DNA of 42,444 nt from Croceibacterium sp. GTDB taxonomy: Bacteria; Pseudomonadota; Alphaproteobacteria; Sphingomonadales; Sphingomonadaceae. The notes under the pieces are model-generated. The model was not told the DNA's origin and made no database searches. It was given only the letters and a program-made list of their open reading frames with translations. Both the position numbers and the translations under genes were made by a program. How positions within the stretch are numbered: the first letter of the stretch is position 1; the number at the start of each line of letters is the position of its first letter. The stretch is from positions 1 to 42,444 of the forward strand of contig DATDLP010000013.1 of assembly GCA_036519255.1 (NCBI GenBank), given 5' to 3'. Of the stretch, positions 16,868 to 28,162 are shown piece by piece.

Positions 16868-17884
16868 TTAGGCAGCGGCGTGTCGTTGTGCCGCCAGTTC
16901 CGGCCAGTTGTTCGGGTACTGGCTGAGGTCGATCCACGGCTTGGCTTCACCGAAGTCGCGGCCGAGCGACTGCATGATCAGCCGGGCCCGCTTCATCCGC
17001 GCCTTGCGATCGGTGAACGGGTTTGCGCGGTCGGGCTTGGCGTCGACCATCCGCTCGAACAGCGCGTGGCGATCCTCGGCGTTGGCCGGCAGCTCGCGCG
17101 GCAAGGCGACCGAGGCGCCGGCGTGCGGCAGGCCGCCACTCGTCGTGCCCGAACGCTGGGCAAAGATCGGCTGCACACGCGGGGCGAAGCTGCCTTCGCG
17201 CTCGACAACGGCCGTTTGGGGGGCTGGCTCGGGCGCGATCACAGCCTGCGGCGCCACGAGGGGCTTGGGCACGACCGGCGTCGGGCGTTCGGCCAGACGG
17301 GCCTCGGCGCGGCGGGTGATCGGCTTGCGGCGACCGATGGCGATGAAGCCCCAGATCGCCAGCGCGATGGCCGCGAGGCCGCCGAGGATCAGCGCGAGAA
17401 TTCCGAGGTCGTTGTTCAGCGGCGCCGGCGCAGCGTCTTCGACGACGGCAACCGGTGCCACGGGCTCTTGCACGATGGGAGCCGGCAGGTCGGCCGCCAC
17501 CGTCTCGACCGTATCGGCCGGCGCATCGACCGCGGTCGGGGTTACGGGAGCCGGCACGGCGCGCCCGGCTGCCGGGGCGCGGGTCCGCACCGGGGCCGCC
17601 GGAGCGGCTGGAAGCGCTTCGGGATTCGGAACGGCCGCCGGCGGAGTCACAGCGGTCGGTTGGGGCAACTCGGTCGGCAACACGATCCGCGGCTGGATCA
17701 TCGGCTCGGGCGAGGCTGCGGGCACCGGGATGTCGGGCACGACGATCACCGGCTGGGGCACCGGCGTGGACGCCGTCGGAAACGGAGCCGCCGGGTCTTG
17801 CGGCAACGCCGCGGTTGAGGTCAGGGCGAGCACCGCGGCAATCGCGGTACTGGCCAGGCGAAGCGAGTGTGTCGTGTGGGTCAT
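16868..17884 (-). CDS. Pro/Ala-rich single-pass membrane protein, hypothetical
   Basis: Signal peptide, long P/A-rich region, TM segment (LGILALILGGLAAIALAIWGFIAIG) followed by RRK, and a compact C-terminal domain PDRANPFTDRKARMKRARLIMQS. Confidence 0.75.
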   Translation of the reverse strand: MTHTTHSLRLASTAIAAVLALTSTAALPQDPAAPFPTASTPVPQPVIVVPDIPVPAASPEPMIQPRIVLPTELPQPTAVTPPAAVPNPEALPAAPAAPVRTRAPAAGRAVPAPVTPTAVDAPADTVETVAADLPAPIVQEPVAPVAVVEDAAPAPLNNDLGILALILGGLAAIALAIWGFIAIGRRKPITRRAEARLAERPTPVVPKPLVAPQAVIAPEPAPQTAVVEREGSFAPRVQPIFAQRSGTTSGGLPHAGASVALPRELPANAEDRHALFERMVDAKPDRANPFTDRKARMKRARLIMQSLGRDFGEAKPWIDLSQYPNNWPELAAQRHAAA

Positions 17885-17895
17885 AGCCAAGCAAA

Positions 17896-17921
17896 AACTG
17901 CTCGCCCGGGCGCCGCGTTCC
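17896..17921 (-). promoter_or_regulatory. Possible sigma-EcfG-type promoter
   Basis: Minus strand GGAAC-N17-AGTT, ending 12 nt before ATG 17884. Confidence 0.4.
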
Positions 17922-18082
17922 CGCATGTTTTTTAATGCACCCCCGTCATAACCTTGTTTTCATTAAGTTTAATGTCCTGGCGTGCGGGACGGGCCGAAAG
18001 GTTAACGCGGCGAGTCGTTGCCTTGACGCGCTCCGGCCGAGCGTGCGACTCGGGAAAAGCGCCGCTTGCCGAGCGCACCCGC

Positions 18083-18097
18083 GTTTACTTTTCGTTC
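18083..18097 (+). promoter_or_regulatory. Possible LexA (SOS) box overlapping the helicase promoter
   Basis: GTTT-N7-GTTC, one mismatch from the alphaproteobacterial GTTC-N7-GTTC, overlapping a TTTACT -35-like hexamer. Confidence 0.45.
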
Positions 18098-18118
18098 CCC
18101 CTCCAGCAAGACCGCGCG

Positions 18119-20845
18119 ATGCCCTCGGTTGCCCTTCCCGCGCTCCACGCGAGCCATGCCGGAACCTGGCTGCGCAGCGCCCGCGGGCCGACGCGCGGAA
18201 CGGGCAAGGGCGATGCGATCGTGGCCGCGGCGGACACGCCGCTGCTCATGCTCAACGCGCCGCTGGTGGCGACGCGGCTGGGTTATCCGGACCTGTCGGG
18301 GCTCGATCTGCTCGAGCTGTTCGCGTTCGTGCACCCGGCGCGGTTCTGCGTGCCGACGCCGAAGGGACTTGCGCACGCGCTCGGGCTGACCGAGCCGGCC
18401 GGCGACGATGCGGTGCCCGCGCTGCTGCAGGACGCCGCCGGCGCGCTGCTTGAACGGTGCGAGAGCGAGGCGTGGCCCGAGCGCGAAGGCGCATGGAGCG
18501 CACTGCAGTCGCTCGCGCGGCTGCGCTGGCCGTGGGCGCCGGTGGTCGCGCCGCACGTCCGCCGGCCCGAGCGGGCCGAGAAGTGGCTTTTTTCGAAGCT
18601 CCCCGAATGGGAGGAGGTCCCCGAGCGCCCGCAGCCGGCGCAAGTCGAGCTGGCAGGCGACGAGGTCGAAACCCGCCTCGCGCAGCTCACCGGCGATCAC
18701 GCCGAGCGTCGCGAAGGCCAGCGCAGCTATGCGCGCGAGGCCGGCCGCGTGTTCGCCCCGCGCGGCCGGCGCGGGGTGCCGCACATGCTGCTCGCGCAAG
18801 CCGGCACCGGAATCGGCAAGACGCTCGGCTACCTGGCTCCGGCCTCGCTGTGGGCCGAGAAGGCGCAAGGCACGGTGTGGGTCTCGACCTACACCAAGAA
18901 CCTGCAGCGCCAGCTGCGCCGCGAAAGCCGCCGCGCCTGGCCCGAGACGCGCGCCGACGGCACGCGGCCGGTGGTGGTGCGCAAGGGGCGCGAGAACTAC
19001 CTGTGCCTGCTCAACCTCGAGGACGCGCTGCAAGGCGGCTTCGGCGGGCGCGCTGCGATCCTCGCGCAGCTCGTCGCGCGCTGGGCGGCCTGGTCGCAGG
19101 ACGGCGACATGATCGGCGGCGACTTGCCCGGCTGGCTCGGCACGCTGTTCCGCAACCGCGCGATCCGCTCGCTGACCGACCAGCGCGGCGAATGCGTCTA
19201 TGCCGGCTGCCCGCACTACCGGAAGTGCTTCATCGAGCGCGCCACCCGGGCATCGCTCCAAGCCGACCTGGTGATCGCCAACCACGCACTGGTCATGGTC
19301 AACGCCGCGCGCGGTCGCGACGGGCAGCGCCCGACGCGGATCGTGTTCGACGAGGGCCACCACGTGTTTGAATCCGCCGACAGCACCTTTGCCGCCGCGC
19401 TGACCGGGCAGGAGGCGATCGAGCTCAAGCGCTGGATCGTCGGGCCCGAGAAAGGCTCGCGCGGGCGGCGCCGCGGGCTCGCCGCGCGGCTGGCCGACGT
19501 CGCGAGCTACGACGAGGCCGGCGGCAAGGCGATCGCGCAGGCGCGCGAGGCCGCCGAGGCGCTGCCCGGCGACGGCTGGATCGCCCGACTGGCCGAAGGC
19601 AACCCGTTCGGCCCGATCGAGACGCTGCTCGGCGCGGTGCGCGCGGTGACTTACGCGCGCGACGAGAGCGGCGGGCAGGAAGCCGGCTACGGGATCGAGA
19701 CCGAGGCGGCGCAGCTCGACGGCAACTTCGTCGAGCTGGCGCAGCAGGCCGCCTCGGCGCTCGCCGCGATCCGCCAGCCGCTGATCCGGCTCGGCGTGCG
19801 GCTCGAGGCGCTGGTCGAGGACGGGCCCGACTGGCTCGACGGCGCCGGGCGCGCGCGGATCGAGGGCGCGCGGCATTCGCTCGCCTGGCGGATCGATACG
19901 CTGGCCGCGTGGGAAGCGCTGCTCGACCGGCTCGGCGGGCCGGCCGACCCCGACTTCGTCGACTGGCTCGCGGTCGAGCGCTCCGACGCGCGCGAGTTCG
20001 ACATCGGGCTGCACCGGCACTTCCTCGACCCGATGAAGCCGTTCGCCAAAGTCGTGCTCGAGCCGGCGCACGGCGTCATGCTGACCAGCGCCACGCTGCG
20101 TGATGGCGAGGACTGGAACGCCGCGCTCGCCCGCTCGGGCGTGCTGCATCTCGACGGGCCGCCGCTGCTCGCCAGCGCCGAGAGCCCGTTCGACTACGCC
20201 AGCCGCGCCGAAGTGCTGATCGTCACCGACGTGGCGAAGGGCGATCTCGCCGCGCTCGCCGGGGCTTATGCCCGGATCATCGAGGCCTGCGAGGGCGGCG
20301 TGCTCGGGCTGTTCACCGCGATTCGCCGGCTGCGCGCGGTCCACGGTCGCGTGGCCGACCGGCTCGCCCGCGCCGGGCTGCCGCTCTACGCGCAGCACGT
20401 CGACCCGATCGACACCGGCACCTTGGTCGACATCTTTCGCGACGATCCCAAGGCTAGCCTGCTCGGTACCGATGCGCTGCGCGACGGGGTCGACGTGCCC
20501 GGCCACAGCCTGCGCTGCGTGGTGATGGAGCAGGTGCCGTGGCCCAAGCCCTCGATCCTCCATCGCGCGCGCCGCGCGGCGGGCGGCGGCGGTGCGCACG
20601 ACGACCGCCTGATCCGCGCGCGGCTGGCGCAGGCGTTCGGCCGGCTGATCCGTTCGGCCGAGGACTCGGGGCATTTCGTGGTGCTCTCGCCGGCGTTCCC
20701 CAGCCGCCTGCTCAGCGCGTTCCCGCCGGGCACCCCGGTACGCCGGCTGACGCTGGACGAGGCTTTACAACGCGTGGCCGCAGGTGTTTTCTCGACCGGG
20801 GGCGAAAGCGCGCACCCGGCGCGCGAAGAGGAGCGGGATCTGTGA
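18119..20845 (+). CDS. dinG: DinG/YoaA-family ATP-dependent DNA helicase (Fe-S)
   Basis: Q motif RREGQ, Walker A AGTGIGKT, KGRENYLC, CVYAGCPHYRKC Fe-S cysteines, DEGHH and QAFGRLIRS. Confidence 0.88.
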   Translation: MPSVALPALHASHAGTWLRSARGPTRGTGKGDAIVAAADTPLLMLNAPLVATRLGYPDLSGLDLLELFAFVHPARFCVPTPKGLAHALGLTEPAGDDAVPALLQDAAGALLERCESEAWPEREGAWSALQSLARLRWPWAPVVAPHVRRPERAEKWLFSKLPEWEEVPERPQPAQVELAGDEVETRLAQLTGDHAERREGQRSYAREAGRVFAPRGRRGVPHMLLAQAGTGIGKTLGYLAPASLWAEKAQGTVWVSTYTKNLQRQLRRESRRAWPETRADGTRPVVVRKGRENYLCLLNLEDALQGGFGGRAAILAQLVARWAAWSQDGDMIGGDLPGWLGTLFRNRAIRSLTDQRGECVYAGCPHYRKCFIERATRASLQADLVIANHALVMVNAARGRDGQRPTRIVFDEGHHVFESADSTFAAALTGQEAIELKRWIVGPEKGSRGRRRGLAARLADVASYDEAGGKAIAQAREAAEALPGDGWIARLAEGNPFGPIETLLGAVRAVTYARDESGGQEAGYGIETEAAQLDGNFVELAQQAASALAAIRQPLIRLGVRLEALVEDGPDWLDGAGRARIEGARHSLAWRIDTLAAWEALLDRLGGPADPDFVDWLAVERSDAREFDIGLHRHFLDPMKPFAKVVLEPAHGVMLTSATLRDGEDWNAALARSGVLHLDGPPLLASAESPFDYASRAEVLIVTDVAKGDLAALAGAYARIIEACEGGVLGLFTAIRRLRAVHGRVADRLARAGLPLYAQHVDPIDTGTLVDIFRDDPKASLLGTDALRDGVDVPGHSLRCVVMEQVPWPKPSILHRARRAAGGGGAHDDRLIRARLAQAFGRLIRSAEDSGHFVVLSPAFPSRLLSAFPPGTPVRRLTLDEALQRVAAGVFSTGGESAHPAREEERDL

Positions 20846-21375
20846 AACTGCTCGGCCTGCTGCGCCACGCCAAATCCGACTGGGACGACATGTCGCTGCG
20901 CGACTACGACCGCGGGCTCAACGACCGCGGCCGGCGCGGCGCCGCGATCATGGGCGGGCATATTCGTGCGCACGGGGCGGCCTGGGACCTGCTGCTGGCG
21001 AGCCCGGCCGAGCGGGTGCGGCGCACGATCGATGCCACGCGGCTCAAGCTCCCCACCCGCTGGGAGGAGCGCGTCTATCTCGCCGACAGCGACGCGCTGA
21101 TCGAGCTGCTGCAGATGATCGAGGGGGAGCCTGCCGCGGTGCTGCTTGCGGGGCACAACCCGGGGCTGCAGGAGCTGATCTTCGATCTCGTCGCCGACGA
21201 GAACGAGAACGACCTGTTCGACATCGCCGCCGAGAAATACCCGACTGCGACGTTCGCGGTGCTCGAGCTGGCGATCGACCGCTGGGCCGATTGCAAGCCA
21301 GGCTGCGGCACGCTGGTCCACCTCGTCCGGCCGCGCGATCTGGATCCCGCGCTCGGGCCCGAGAAGGTGCGGTAG
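20842..21375 (+). CDS. sixA: Phosphohistidine phosphatase SixA family
   Basis: LLRHAKSDW, RGLNDRG, SPAERVRRT and GHNPG. GTG overlaps the helicase stop. Confidence 0.88.
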   Translation: MKLLGLLRHAKSDWDDMSLRDYDRGLNDRGRRGAAIMGGHIRAHGAAWDLLLASPAERVRRTIDATRLKLPTRWEERVYLADSDALIELLQMIEGEPAAVLLAGHNPGLQELIFDLVADENENDLFDIAAEKYPTATFAVLELAIDRWADCKPGCGTLVHLVRPRDLDPALGPEKVR

Positions 21376-21453
21376 CGGCGCCCCGCATCCTGCACTCCGA
21401 TTTGCCTTCGTTGAGCGGCGAAACCGGTTCCGAGCGTCATGGCTATCCCTCAT

Positions 21454-21569
21454 CCGTTCGTCCCGAGCGCAGTCGAGGGACCCCGGCCGAGCGAGTCCGA
21501 GGCCTTGCGCTATCCGCAGCTTCTCGGCTTCGCTCGAAGCAATCCCTCGACTGTGCTCGGGACGAACGG
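21454..21569. repeat. Sphingomonad-type REP-like palindromic element, 27-bp inverted arms
   Basis: CCGTTCGTCCCGAGCGCAGTCGAGGGA (21454-21480) pairs with TCCCTCGACTGTGCTCGGGACGAACGG (21543-21569); 26 of 27 positions complementary. Confidence 0.85.
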
Positions 21570-21672
21570 TTTAGGTTTGCAAGAGAGTTCCTCCCTCGCT
21601 CTGACACGTTCGGGATGACGAGTGTGGGTATCGAGCGAAATCGTCGCGCCGGAACGCGTTAACGATCGGCTG

Positions 21673-22943
<1,271 letters not shown>

Positions 22944-22961
22944 CGCTGTTCGGCGGCCTCT

Positions 22962-22987
22962 CCCCTTCCCCCGTGCGGGGGAAGGGG
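22962..22987. terminator. GC hairpin between convergent genes (terminator or REP-like)
   Basis: CCCCTTCCCCC-GTGC-GGGGGAAGGGG. Confidence 0.6.
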
Positions 22988-23003
22988 GCACGCGCCCCCC
23001 CTT

Positions 23004-24728
23004 TCAAGGCGCCACTTTCGTCCCGCTCAGCTCCTGCCCGCCCAGCGTCAACACCGCGCCTGTCACGATGCCGCTGTCGTCGGTGGTAAAGCGCGCCCGC
23101 ACATCCGCAGCCTTGAGGAAGAACAGCAAGGGTGCCTCGGCGAACAGCGGCAGCAGCTGGCCGGTCACCGCACCCTGTCGCTGCGCGACCAGCACGCCGC
23201 CCTGGAGCGTCACCGCGAACTCGATGCCGGCGCCGAAGTCGTAGCGGCCGACCACTCGCTCGAGCTCGGCCTGCGGCAGCGTCACCTCCGTCCGCGCCGG
23301 CGGCACCGGCTGCGCCCGGGCCAGGGGCGATCCCACCAGCAGATGCATCGCAAAGTCGGTCGCCGAAGGCTCGACCGCGCTGTTCATCAGCACCACCGCC
23401 GCGCGCTTGCGCGAAGGCTCGAGCACCAGCGTCGAACGGTAGCCGCCCGTCCCGCCGCTGTGCGAGATCAGCTCGCGTGCCGGGCCCGGGCGCGAGACAC
23501 CCCAGCCAAGCGCTTGCTGCGCAGCGGTGCTGCCGAGGTCGAACCGGTTCGCGAGCGTGGTCGCTACCGCGTCGGCGATCGGAGAGGCCGGGTCGAGGAC
23601 TGCACGGGCAAACTTGAGCATGTCGTCGGCGTTCGAGCGGATGCCGCCGGCTCCCACCAGAGTCGGCAGGTCCCACGGCTTCGCGGGCCGCATGTACACG
23701 TCGTGGCCCTGCACGAGCGGCGCTCCCTGCCGCAACGTCACCACCGTATCGCCCATCCCGAGCGGGCCGGTGATCCGCTCGGCAAGCAGAGTCTCGTAGT
23801 CCTTGCCGGCTGCACGTCCGAGCAGATAGCCGAGTAGCCCGACCCCGAGGTTCGAGTATTCGTGCTGCACGCCGATGTCGCGCGTCAGCTCGTAGCCGTC
23901 GAGGAACGCCAGCAGCTGCTCCTCGGTGTAGTCGGCATAAGGGTCCTCGGGGTCGCCCCTCGGCATGTTGTCCGGCACGCGCGGCAGCGCCGAGGTGTGC
24001 TGCGACAGGTTGCGCAAGGTGATCTGCCGTCCGCCGCGCTCGGGCATCCGATGTCCGGCGGGAAGGTACTTCGCCGCCGGATCGTCGAGCGAGACCTCGC
24101 CCTTGTTGGCCATGTCGGCGAGCAGCAGCGCCGTGAACACCTTGCTGATCGACCCGATCTCGAACAGCGAGGCACCGTCGAACGCCGCCGCGCCGGCCGG
24201 TCCGCGAGCGATGATTCGCTCGCCATCCGCCTCGAGCACCCCCACGACCATGCCCTGCCCGGCGCGCAACGCGTTGCGCTCGTCGATCAGCCGCGCGATC
24301 GCCTCGTCGCCGGGGATCGCCCAGTCCTGCGGCAGCGGGGCAGGCGCGGCGACCTCGGTTTCGGGCAGCAGCCCGGCCTCGAAGTCGAGCGCCAGCGCAG
24401 TCCCGCCCTGCCTCCACTCGCCCTTCCAGCGCCCGGCCTGCGCATCCCACCTGCCGTCATAGCTTCCGCCGACCGTCGGCACGGTGAACGCGAGCACGCC
24501 GGGATCCCTGGAGATTTCGTCGATCCGCATGCCGTTGACGCCCTGGCTGGGGCTGTCCAGCGTGCCGGTCAGCTCGTCGTCCGGGCTCCATTGGATGTGC
24601 ACCGCGAGCGGCAGCCTGGTTCCGCCTGCGTCGAGCGTGCCATGCCAGTCTCCGACCACGGTCTGCGCCGCAGCAGGGGCCGAAATCGCCATGATCGAAA
24701 GCCCCACTATCGCTGCGATCCGCTTCAA
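23004..24728 (-). CDS. Secreted serine hydrolase (beta-lactamase class C-like) with C-terminal DUF3471-like domain
   Basis: Signal peptide, FEIGSISK (SxxK), HTSALP, YSN, HSGGTGG and C-terminal LERVVGRY. TTG start after GGGAGAGG. Confidence 0.88.
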   Translation of the reverse strand: MKRIAAIVGLSIMAISAPAAAQTVVGDWHGTLDAGGTRLPLAVHIQWSPDDELTGTLDSPSQGVNGMRIDEISRDPGVLAFTVPTVGGSYDGRWDAQAGRWKGEWRQGGTALALDFEAGLLPETEVAAPAPLPQDWAIPGDEAIARLIDERNALRAGQGMVVGVLEADGERIIARGPAGAAAFDGASLFEIGSISKVFTALLLADMANKGEVSLDDPAAKYLPAGHRMPERGGRQITLRNLSQHTSALPRVPDNMPRGDPEDPYADYTEEQLLAFLDGYELTRDIGVQHEYSNLGVGLLGYLLGRAAGKDYETLLAERITGPLGMGDTVVTLRQGAPLVQGHDVYMRPAKPWDLPTLVGAGGIRSNADDMLKFARAVLDPASPIADAVATTLANRFDLGSTAAQQALGWGVSRPGPARELISHSGGTGGYRSTLVLEPSRKRAAVVLMNSAVEPSATDFAMHLLVGSPLARAQPVPPARTEVTLPQAELERVVGRYDFGAGIEFAVTLQGGVLVAQRQGAVTGQLLPLFAEAPLLFFLKAADVRARFTTDDSGIVTGAVLTLGGQELSGTKVAP

Positions 24729-24909
24729 CGTCCCTCTCCCATCAGAGCCTCGATCTCGTCAATGCGGCGCTGGATCTTGCGGGCCACGCGCTGGTGAATT
24801 CGCCAATATCACCGGATGAACGCGGCGAGGCCCGGCAACCACGGCAGGATAAACCAGCCAACTAGCTCGTGAACGCATCGCGCTGGCGGGCGAGCTGGTC
24901 GCGCTCGTA
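24725..24909 (-). pseudogene. Degraded remnant of a small membrane protein gene upstream of the serine hydrolase
   Basis: YERDQLARQRDAFTS, a frameshift, then VGWFILPWLPGLAAFIR*YWRIHQRVARKIQRRIDEIEALMGEGR*. Its TGA overlaps the hydrolase TTG (TTGA). Confidence 0.55.
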
Positions 24910-24934
24910 GGGTGGGGGAGTTGATCGAGCAGGC

Positions 24935-25309
24935 TTAGGCGGCGAGCGCCGCGGCAAGCCGGTCGCGAATCGCGCGCAGCTGCGGACGGATGTCGGGCGC
25001 CGGCGAAGCAGCCGTCGTCACCGGCACCGCCGCCGTAGCTCCGGCCGAGCCGTTCTCGATCGCCTGCCGCGCGCCCTTGAGCGTGTAGCCTTCGCGGTTG
25101 ATCAGCCGGTCGATCGTCGCCACCAGCGCCACGTCCTCGGGCCGGTAGTACCGCCGCCCGCCGCTGCGCTTCAACGGCCGCAGCATCGGAAACTGCTGCT
25201 CCCAGTAGCGCAGCACGTGCTGGCGGATGTCGAAGCCCGCGGCGACCTCGCCGATCGTGCGCAGCGCGCCGGCCTCCTTGCCGTCGGCGAAGGCGACGCC
25301 CTCGCTCAC
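24935..25309 (-). CDS. MerR family transcriptional regulator
   Basis: RTIGEVA...[10 protein letters not shown]...[10 protein letters not shown]...GYTLKGAR. Conserved position after ihfA, GTGA coupling. Confidence 0.9.
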   Translation of the reverse strand: MSEGVAFADGKEAGALRTIGEVAAGFDIRQHVLRYWEQQFPMLRPLKRSGGRRYYRPEDVALVATIDRLINREGYTLKGARQAIENGSAGATAAVPVTTAASPAPDIRPQLRAIRDRLAAALAA

Positions 25310-25608
25310 GAGCCTTGCGCGATCCTGTCCTTGAGCTTCTGGCTCGCGCGGAAGGTCATGACCCGGCGCGGGGTGATCGGCACCTCGATCCCGGTCTTGG
25401 GATTGCGCCCGATCCGCTCGCGCTTGTCGCGCAGGATGAAGCTGCCGAAGCCGGAGATCTTGACGTTCTCCCCCTCGGACATGGCCGCGCACATCTTGGC
25501 GAGGATATCCTCTACCATGTCGAGGCTTTCAGCCCGCGAAAAGCCGAGCTTGCGGTTGAGTGTTTCGGCCAGATCGGCGCGAGTCAGCGTGCCAACGGAT
25601 CGCATCAT
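25306..25608 (-). CDS. ihfA: Integration host factor subunit alpha
   Basis: [18 protein letters not shown] and [25 protein letters not shown]. Confidence 0.95.
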   Translation of the reverse strand: MMRSVGTLTRADLAETLNRKLGFSRAESLDMVEDILAKMCAAMSEGENVKISGFGSFILRDKRERIGRNPKTGIEVPITPRRVMTFRASQKLKDRIAQGS

Positions 25609-25654
25609 GTGCGTGCGCTCCTCCCAAATGCTGCAGTGCGGCGACCTTAGGTTC

Positions 25655-25667
25655 TAAATGACTGAAT
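25655..25667 (-). promoter_or_regulatory. Possible IHF site upstream of ihfA (autoregulation)
   Basis: ATTCAG-TCAT-TTA on the minus strand, one mismatch from WATCAR-N4-TTR. Confidence 0.3.
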
Positions 25668-25718
25668 AGCGTGCTTTTGGCAAGCTGAAGCTAGGGATTT
25701 CCCCAAGCTTTGCAGGGA

Positions 25719-26684
25719 TTAAACCCGGAGCAGGCTGGCGCCCCAGGTGAACCCGCCGCCCATCGCCTCGAGCATGACAAGATCGCCGGCCTTGATCCGC
25801 CCGTCGCGCCGCGCGGCATCGAAGGCCAGCGGGACCGACGCCGCCGAGGTATTGGCGTGACGATCGACCGTGACCACGACCTTTTCGAACGGCAGGCCAA
25901 GCTTGCGCGCGGTGGCGTCGAGGATGCGCAAGTTGGCCTGGTGCGGCACGACCCAGTCGATGTCGGCCGCGGTATGACCGGTGACCTCGAGCACGTCTCT
26001 GAGCACTTGCGCCAGGTTGGTCACCGCGTGGCGAAACACCTCGCGGCCCTTCATCCTCAGCTTGCCTACGGTCCCGGTGGTCGAGGGGCCGCCGTCGACA
26101 TAGAGCAGCTCGCCGTGCGCACCGTCGGCGTGGAGCCGGGTAGCGAGCACGCCCGGCCCGTCGTCCTCCACCTCCTCGGCGCGCAGCACGAACGCACCGG
26201 CGCCGTCGCCGAACAGCACGCAAGTGGTGCGGTCTTCCCAGTCGAGGATGCGGGTGAAGGTCTCGGCACCGATCACCAGTGCGCATTTGCCCATCCCGGT
26301 GCGCAGCATCGAATCGGCGGTCGCCAGCGCGTAGAGGAAGCCCGAGCACACCGCGGCGACGTCGAACGCGATCCCGCCGTGGCAGCCGAGCGCGTCCTGC
26401 ACCTGGGTGGCGGTAGCGGGGAAAGTGTTGTCGGGCGTCGCAGTGGCGAGCACGATCATGTCGATCTCGTCGGCCGAGATCCCGGCATCGGCCAGCGCCG
26501 CACGCGCGGCGGCGGTGGCGAGCGTTCCGGTGGTCTCGCCCTCGCCCGCGACATGCCGCGCGGTGATCCCGGTGCGCTCGCGAATCCATTCGTCGCTGGT
26601 GTCGACCAGCGCCGCCAGCTCTGCGTTGGTCACCAGCGTTTTCGGAAGCGCGGAGCCGGAGCCCTTGAACACCGAGCGGATCAA
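25719..26684 (-). CDS. fabH: 3-oxoacyl-ACP synthase III
   Basis: [19 protein letters not shown] (catalytic Cys), [13 protein letters not shown] and NTSAAS. TTG overlaps the plsX stop. Confidence 0.95.
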   Translation of the reverse strand: MIRSVFKGSGSALPKTLVTNAELAALVDTSDEWIRERTGITARHVAGEGETTGTLATAAARAALADAGISADEIDMIVLATATPDNTFPATATQVQDALGCHGGIAFDVAAVCSGFLYALATADSMLRTGMGKCALVIGAETFTRILDWEDRTTCVLFGDGAGAFVLRAEEVEDDGPGVLATRLHADGAHGELLYVDGGPSTTGTVGKLRMKGREVFRHAVTNLAQVLRDVLEVTGHTAADIDWVVPHQANLRILDATARKLGLPFEKVVVTVDRHANTSAASVPLAFDAARRDGRIKAGDLVMLEAMGGGFTWGASLLRV

Positions 26685-27739
26685 CTGGATGCTCCGACGG
26701 TACCGTTCTCGCGCAGCTTGTGCGCGCCGAGCGCGGCGAGATCGGCGGCGATGCGCTCGGTCAGGCTTTCCTCGAGCAGCCGCGCCGCGACCGCGACCGC
26801 GTTCGCCACCCCGGCGGCGCTGGCGCTGCCGTGCGACTTCACGATCACGCCGTTGAGCCCGAGAAACACCGCGCCGTTGTGGTTGTTCGGATCGAGATGG
26901 TGGCGCAGCAGCTCGGTCGCCGGGCGCGACACGAGGAAGCCGATCTTCGAGCGCAGCGACGAGCGGAACGCGCTCTTGAGCAGGTCGGTCACGAACCGCG
27001 CCGAGCCCTCGATCGCCTTCAGGGCGATGTTGCCGGAAAATCCGTCCGAAACCACGACGTCCACGTTGCCCCTGTTGATCTTGTCGGCCTCGACATAGCC
27101 CTCGAAGCTCAGCGCCAGCCCGCTCGCGGCACGCAGCCGCTGGGCGGCTTCCTGCAGCTCGCCGGTGCCCTTGGTCTCCTCGGTGCCGATGTTGAGCAGC
27201 CGCACGCGCGGCTTCTCGGTGCCGGTGACGATGCGCGCGTAAGCCGCGCCCATGATCGCGAACTGCACGAGGTTGCGCGCGTCGCACTCGGTGTTGGCGC
27301 CCAGGTCGAGCATGACCACGTCGTGCTCCTCGAGCGTCGGCATCAGCCCGGCGAGCGCGGGCCGGTCGATCCCCGGCATCGTGCGCAGCGCGACCTTGCT
27401 CATCGCCATCAGCGCGCCGGTGTTGCCGGCGCTGACCGCGGCGCCGGCCTGGCCGCTCTTCACGGCTTCGATCGCCAGGCCCATCGAGGTCTTCTTCGCC
27501 CGGCGCAGCGCCTGGGTCGGCTTCTCGTCGCCGGCGACGACATCCTCGCAATGGAGGATTTCGGACGCGGCGGTCATGTTCGGGTGGGCCTCGAGCGCGG
27601 CCTTGATCCGCGGCTCGTCGCCGACCAGCAGGAACTTGAACTTCTCGTGCCGCCGGCGCGCGAGCGCGGCGCCGGAAACCATCACGCGCACGCCTTCGTC
27701 GCCGCCCATCGCATCAACGGCGATACGCGGCAGGCTCAT
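26681..27739 (-). CDS. plsX: Phosphate acyltransferase PlsX
   Basis: [27 protein letters not shown] and KSHG. Confidence 0.95.
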   Translation of the reverse strand: MSLPRIAVDAMGGDEGVRVMVSGAALARRRHEKFKFLLVGDEPRIKAALEAHPNMTAASEILHCEDVVAGDEKPTQALRRAKKTSMGLAIEAVKSGQAGAAVSAGNTGALMAMSKVALRTMPGIDRPALAGLMPTLEEHDVVMLDLGANTECDARNLVQFAIMGAAYARIVTGTEKPRVRLLNIGTEETKGTGELQEAAQRLRAASGLALSFEGYVEADKINRGNVDVVVSDGFSGNIALKAIEGSARFVTDLLKSAFRSSLRSKIGFLVSRPATELLRHHLDPNNHNGAVFLGLNGVIVKSHGSASAAGVANAVAVAARLLEESLTERIAADLAALGAHKLRENGTVGASS

Positions 27740-27763
27740 GCGCGAATTCCTGGCTTTCCGGCC

Positions 27764-27943
27764 TTAGAGGCCGACCGAGACGATCTCGCGTCCGTTGTAG
27801 TGGCCGCAAGCACCGCACAGGTTGTGGGGGCGCTTGAGCTCGCCACAATCGGGGCACTCGTGGAAGGCCTCGACCTTGAGCGCGTCGTGCGAACGGCGCA
27901 TGCCCCGGCGGGAGGGGGAAGTTTTTCTCTTAGGGACAGCCAT
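27764..27943 (-). CDS. rpmF: 50S ribosomal protein L32 (Zn-ribbon form); absent from the ORF track
   Basis: [59 protein letters not shown], upstream of plsX. Confidence 0.97.
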   Translation of the reverse strand: MAVPKRKTSPSRRGMRRSHDALKVEAFHECPDCGELKRPHNLCGACGHYNGREIVSVGL

Positions 27944-28162
27944 CTCGGCACCTGTTCCTTGAAATCTCTACAATCGGCTTTGACGGCGCCCCTAAGCCAG
28001 GCCCCTGCCTCGTGCAAGGACGGCGGCGGTGGGCAGCCATGCGGCGAAGGCGCGCGCTATAGCGATTTTTCGTGCGCGTGCAAGCGGAGCGGTTCACCGT
28101 CGCGCCGCCCCGCGGAATGTCCTTTTGCATGCCGGGCCAATCGCGGGATATCAACAGCCGCG

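Noticed and set aside
17945-18010. Full CtrA box
   Set aside because: TTAA half-sites are present but none has the TTAA-N7-TTAA spacing.
23004-24728. True beta-lactamase resistance gene
   Set aside because: HSG instead of KTG, plus extra N- and C-terminal domains, fit a peptidase/esterase-type serine hydrolase.
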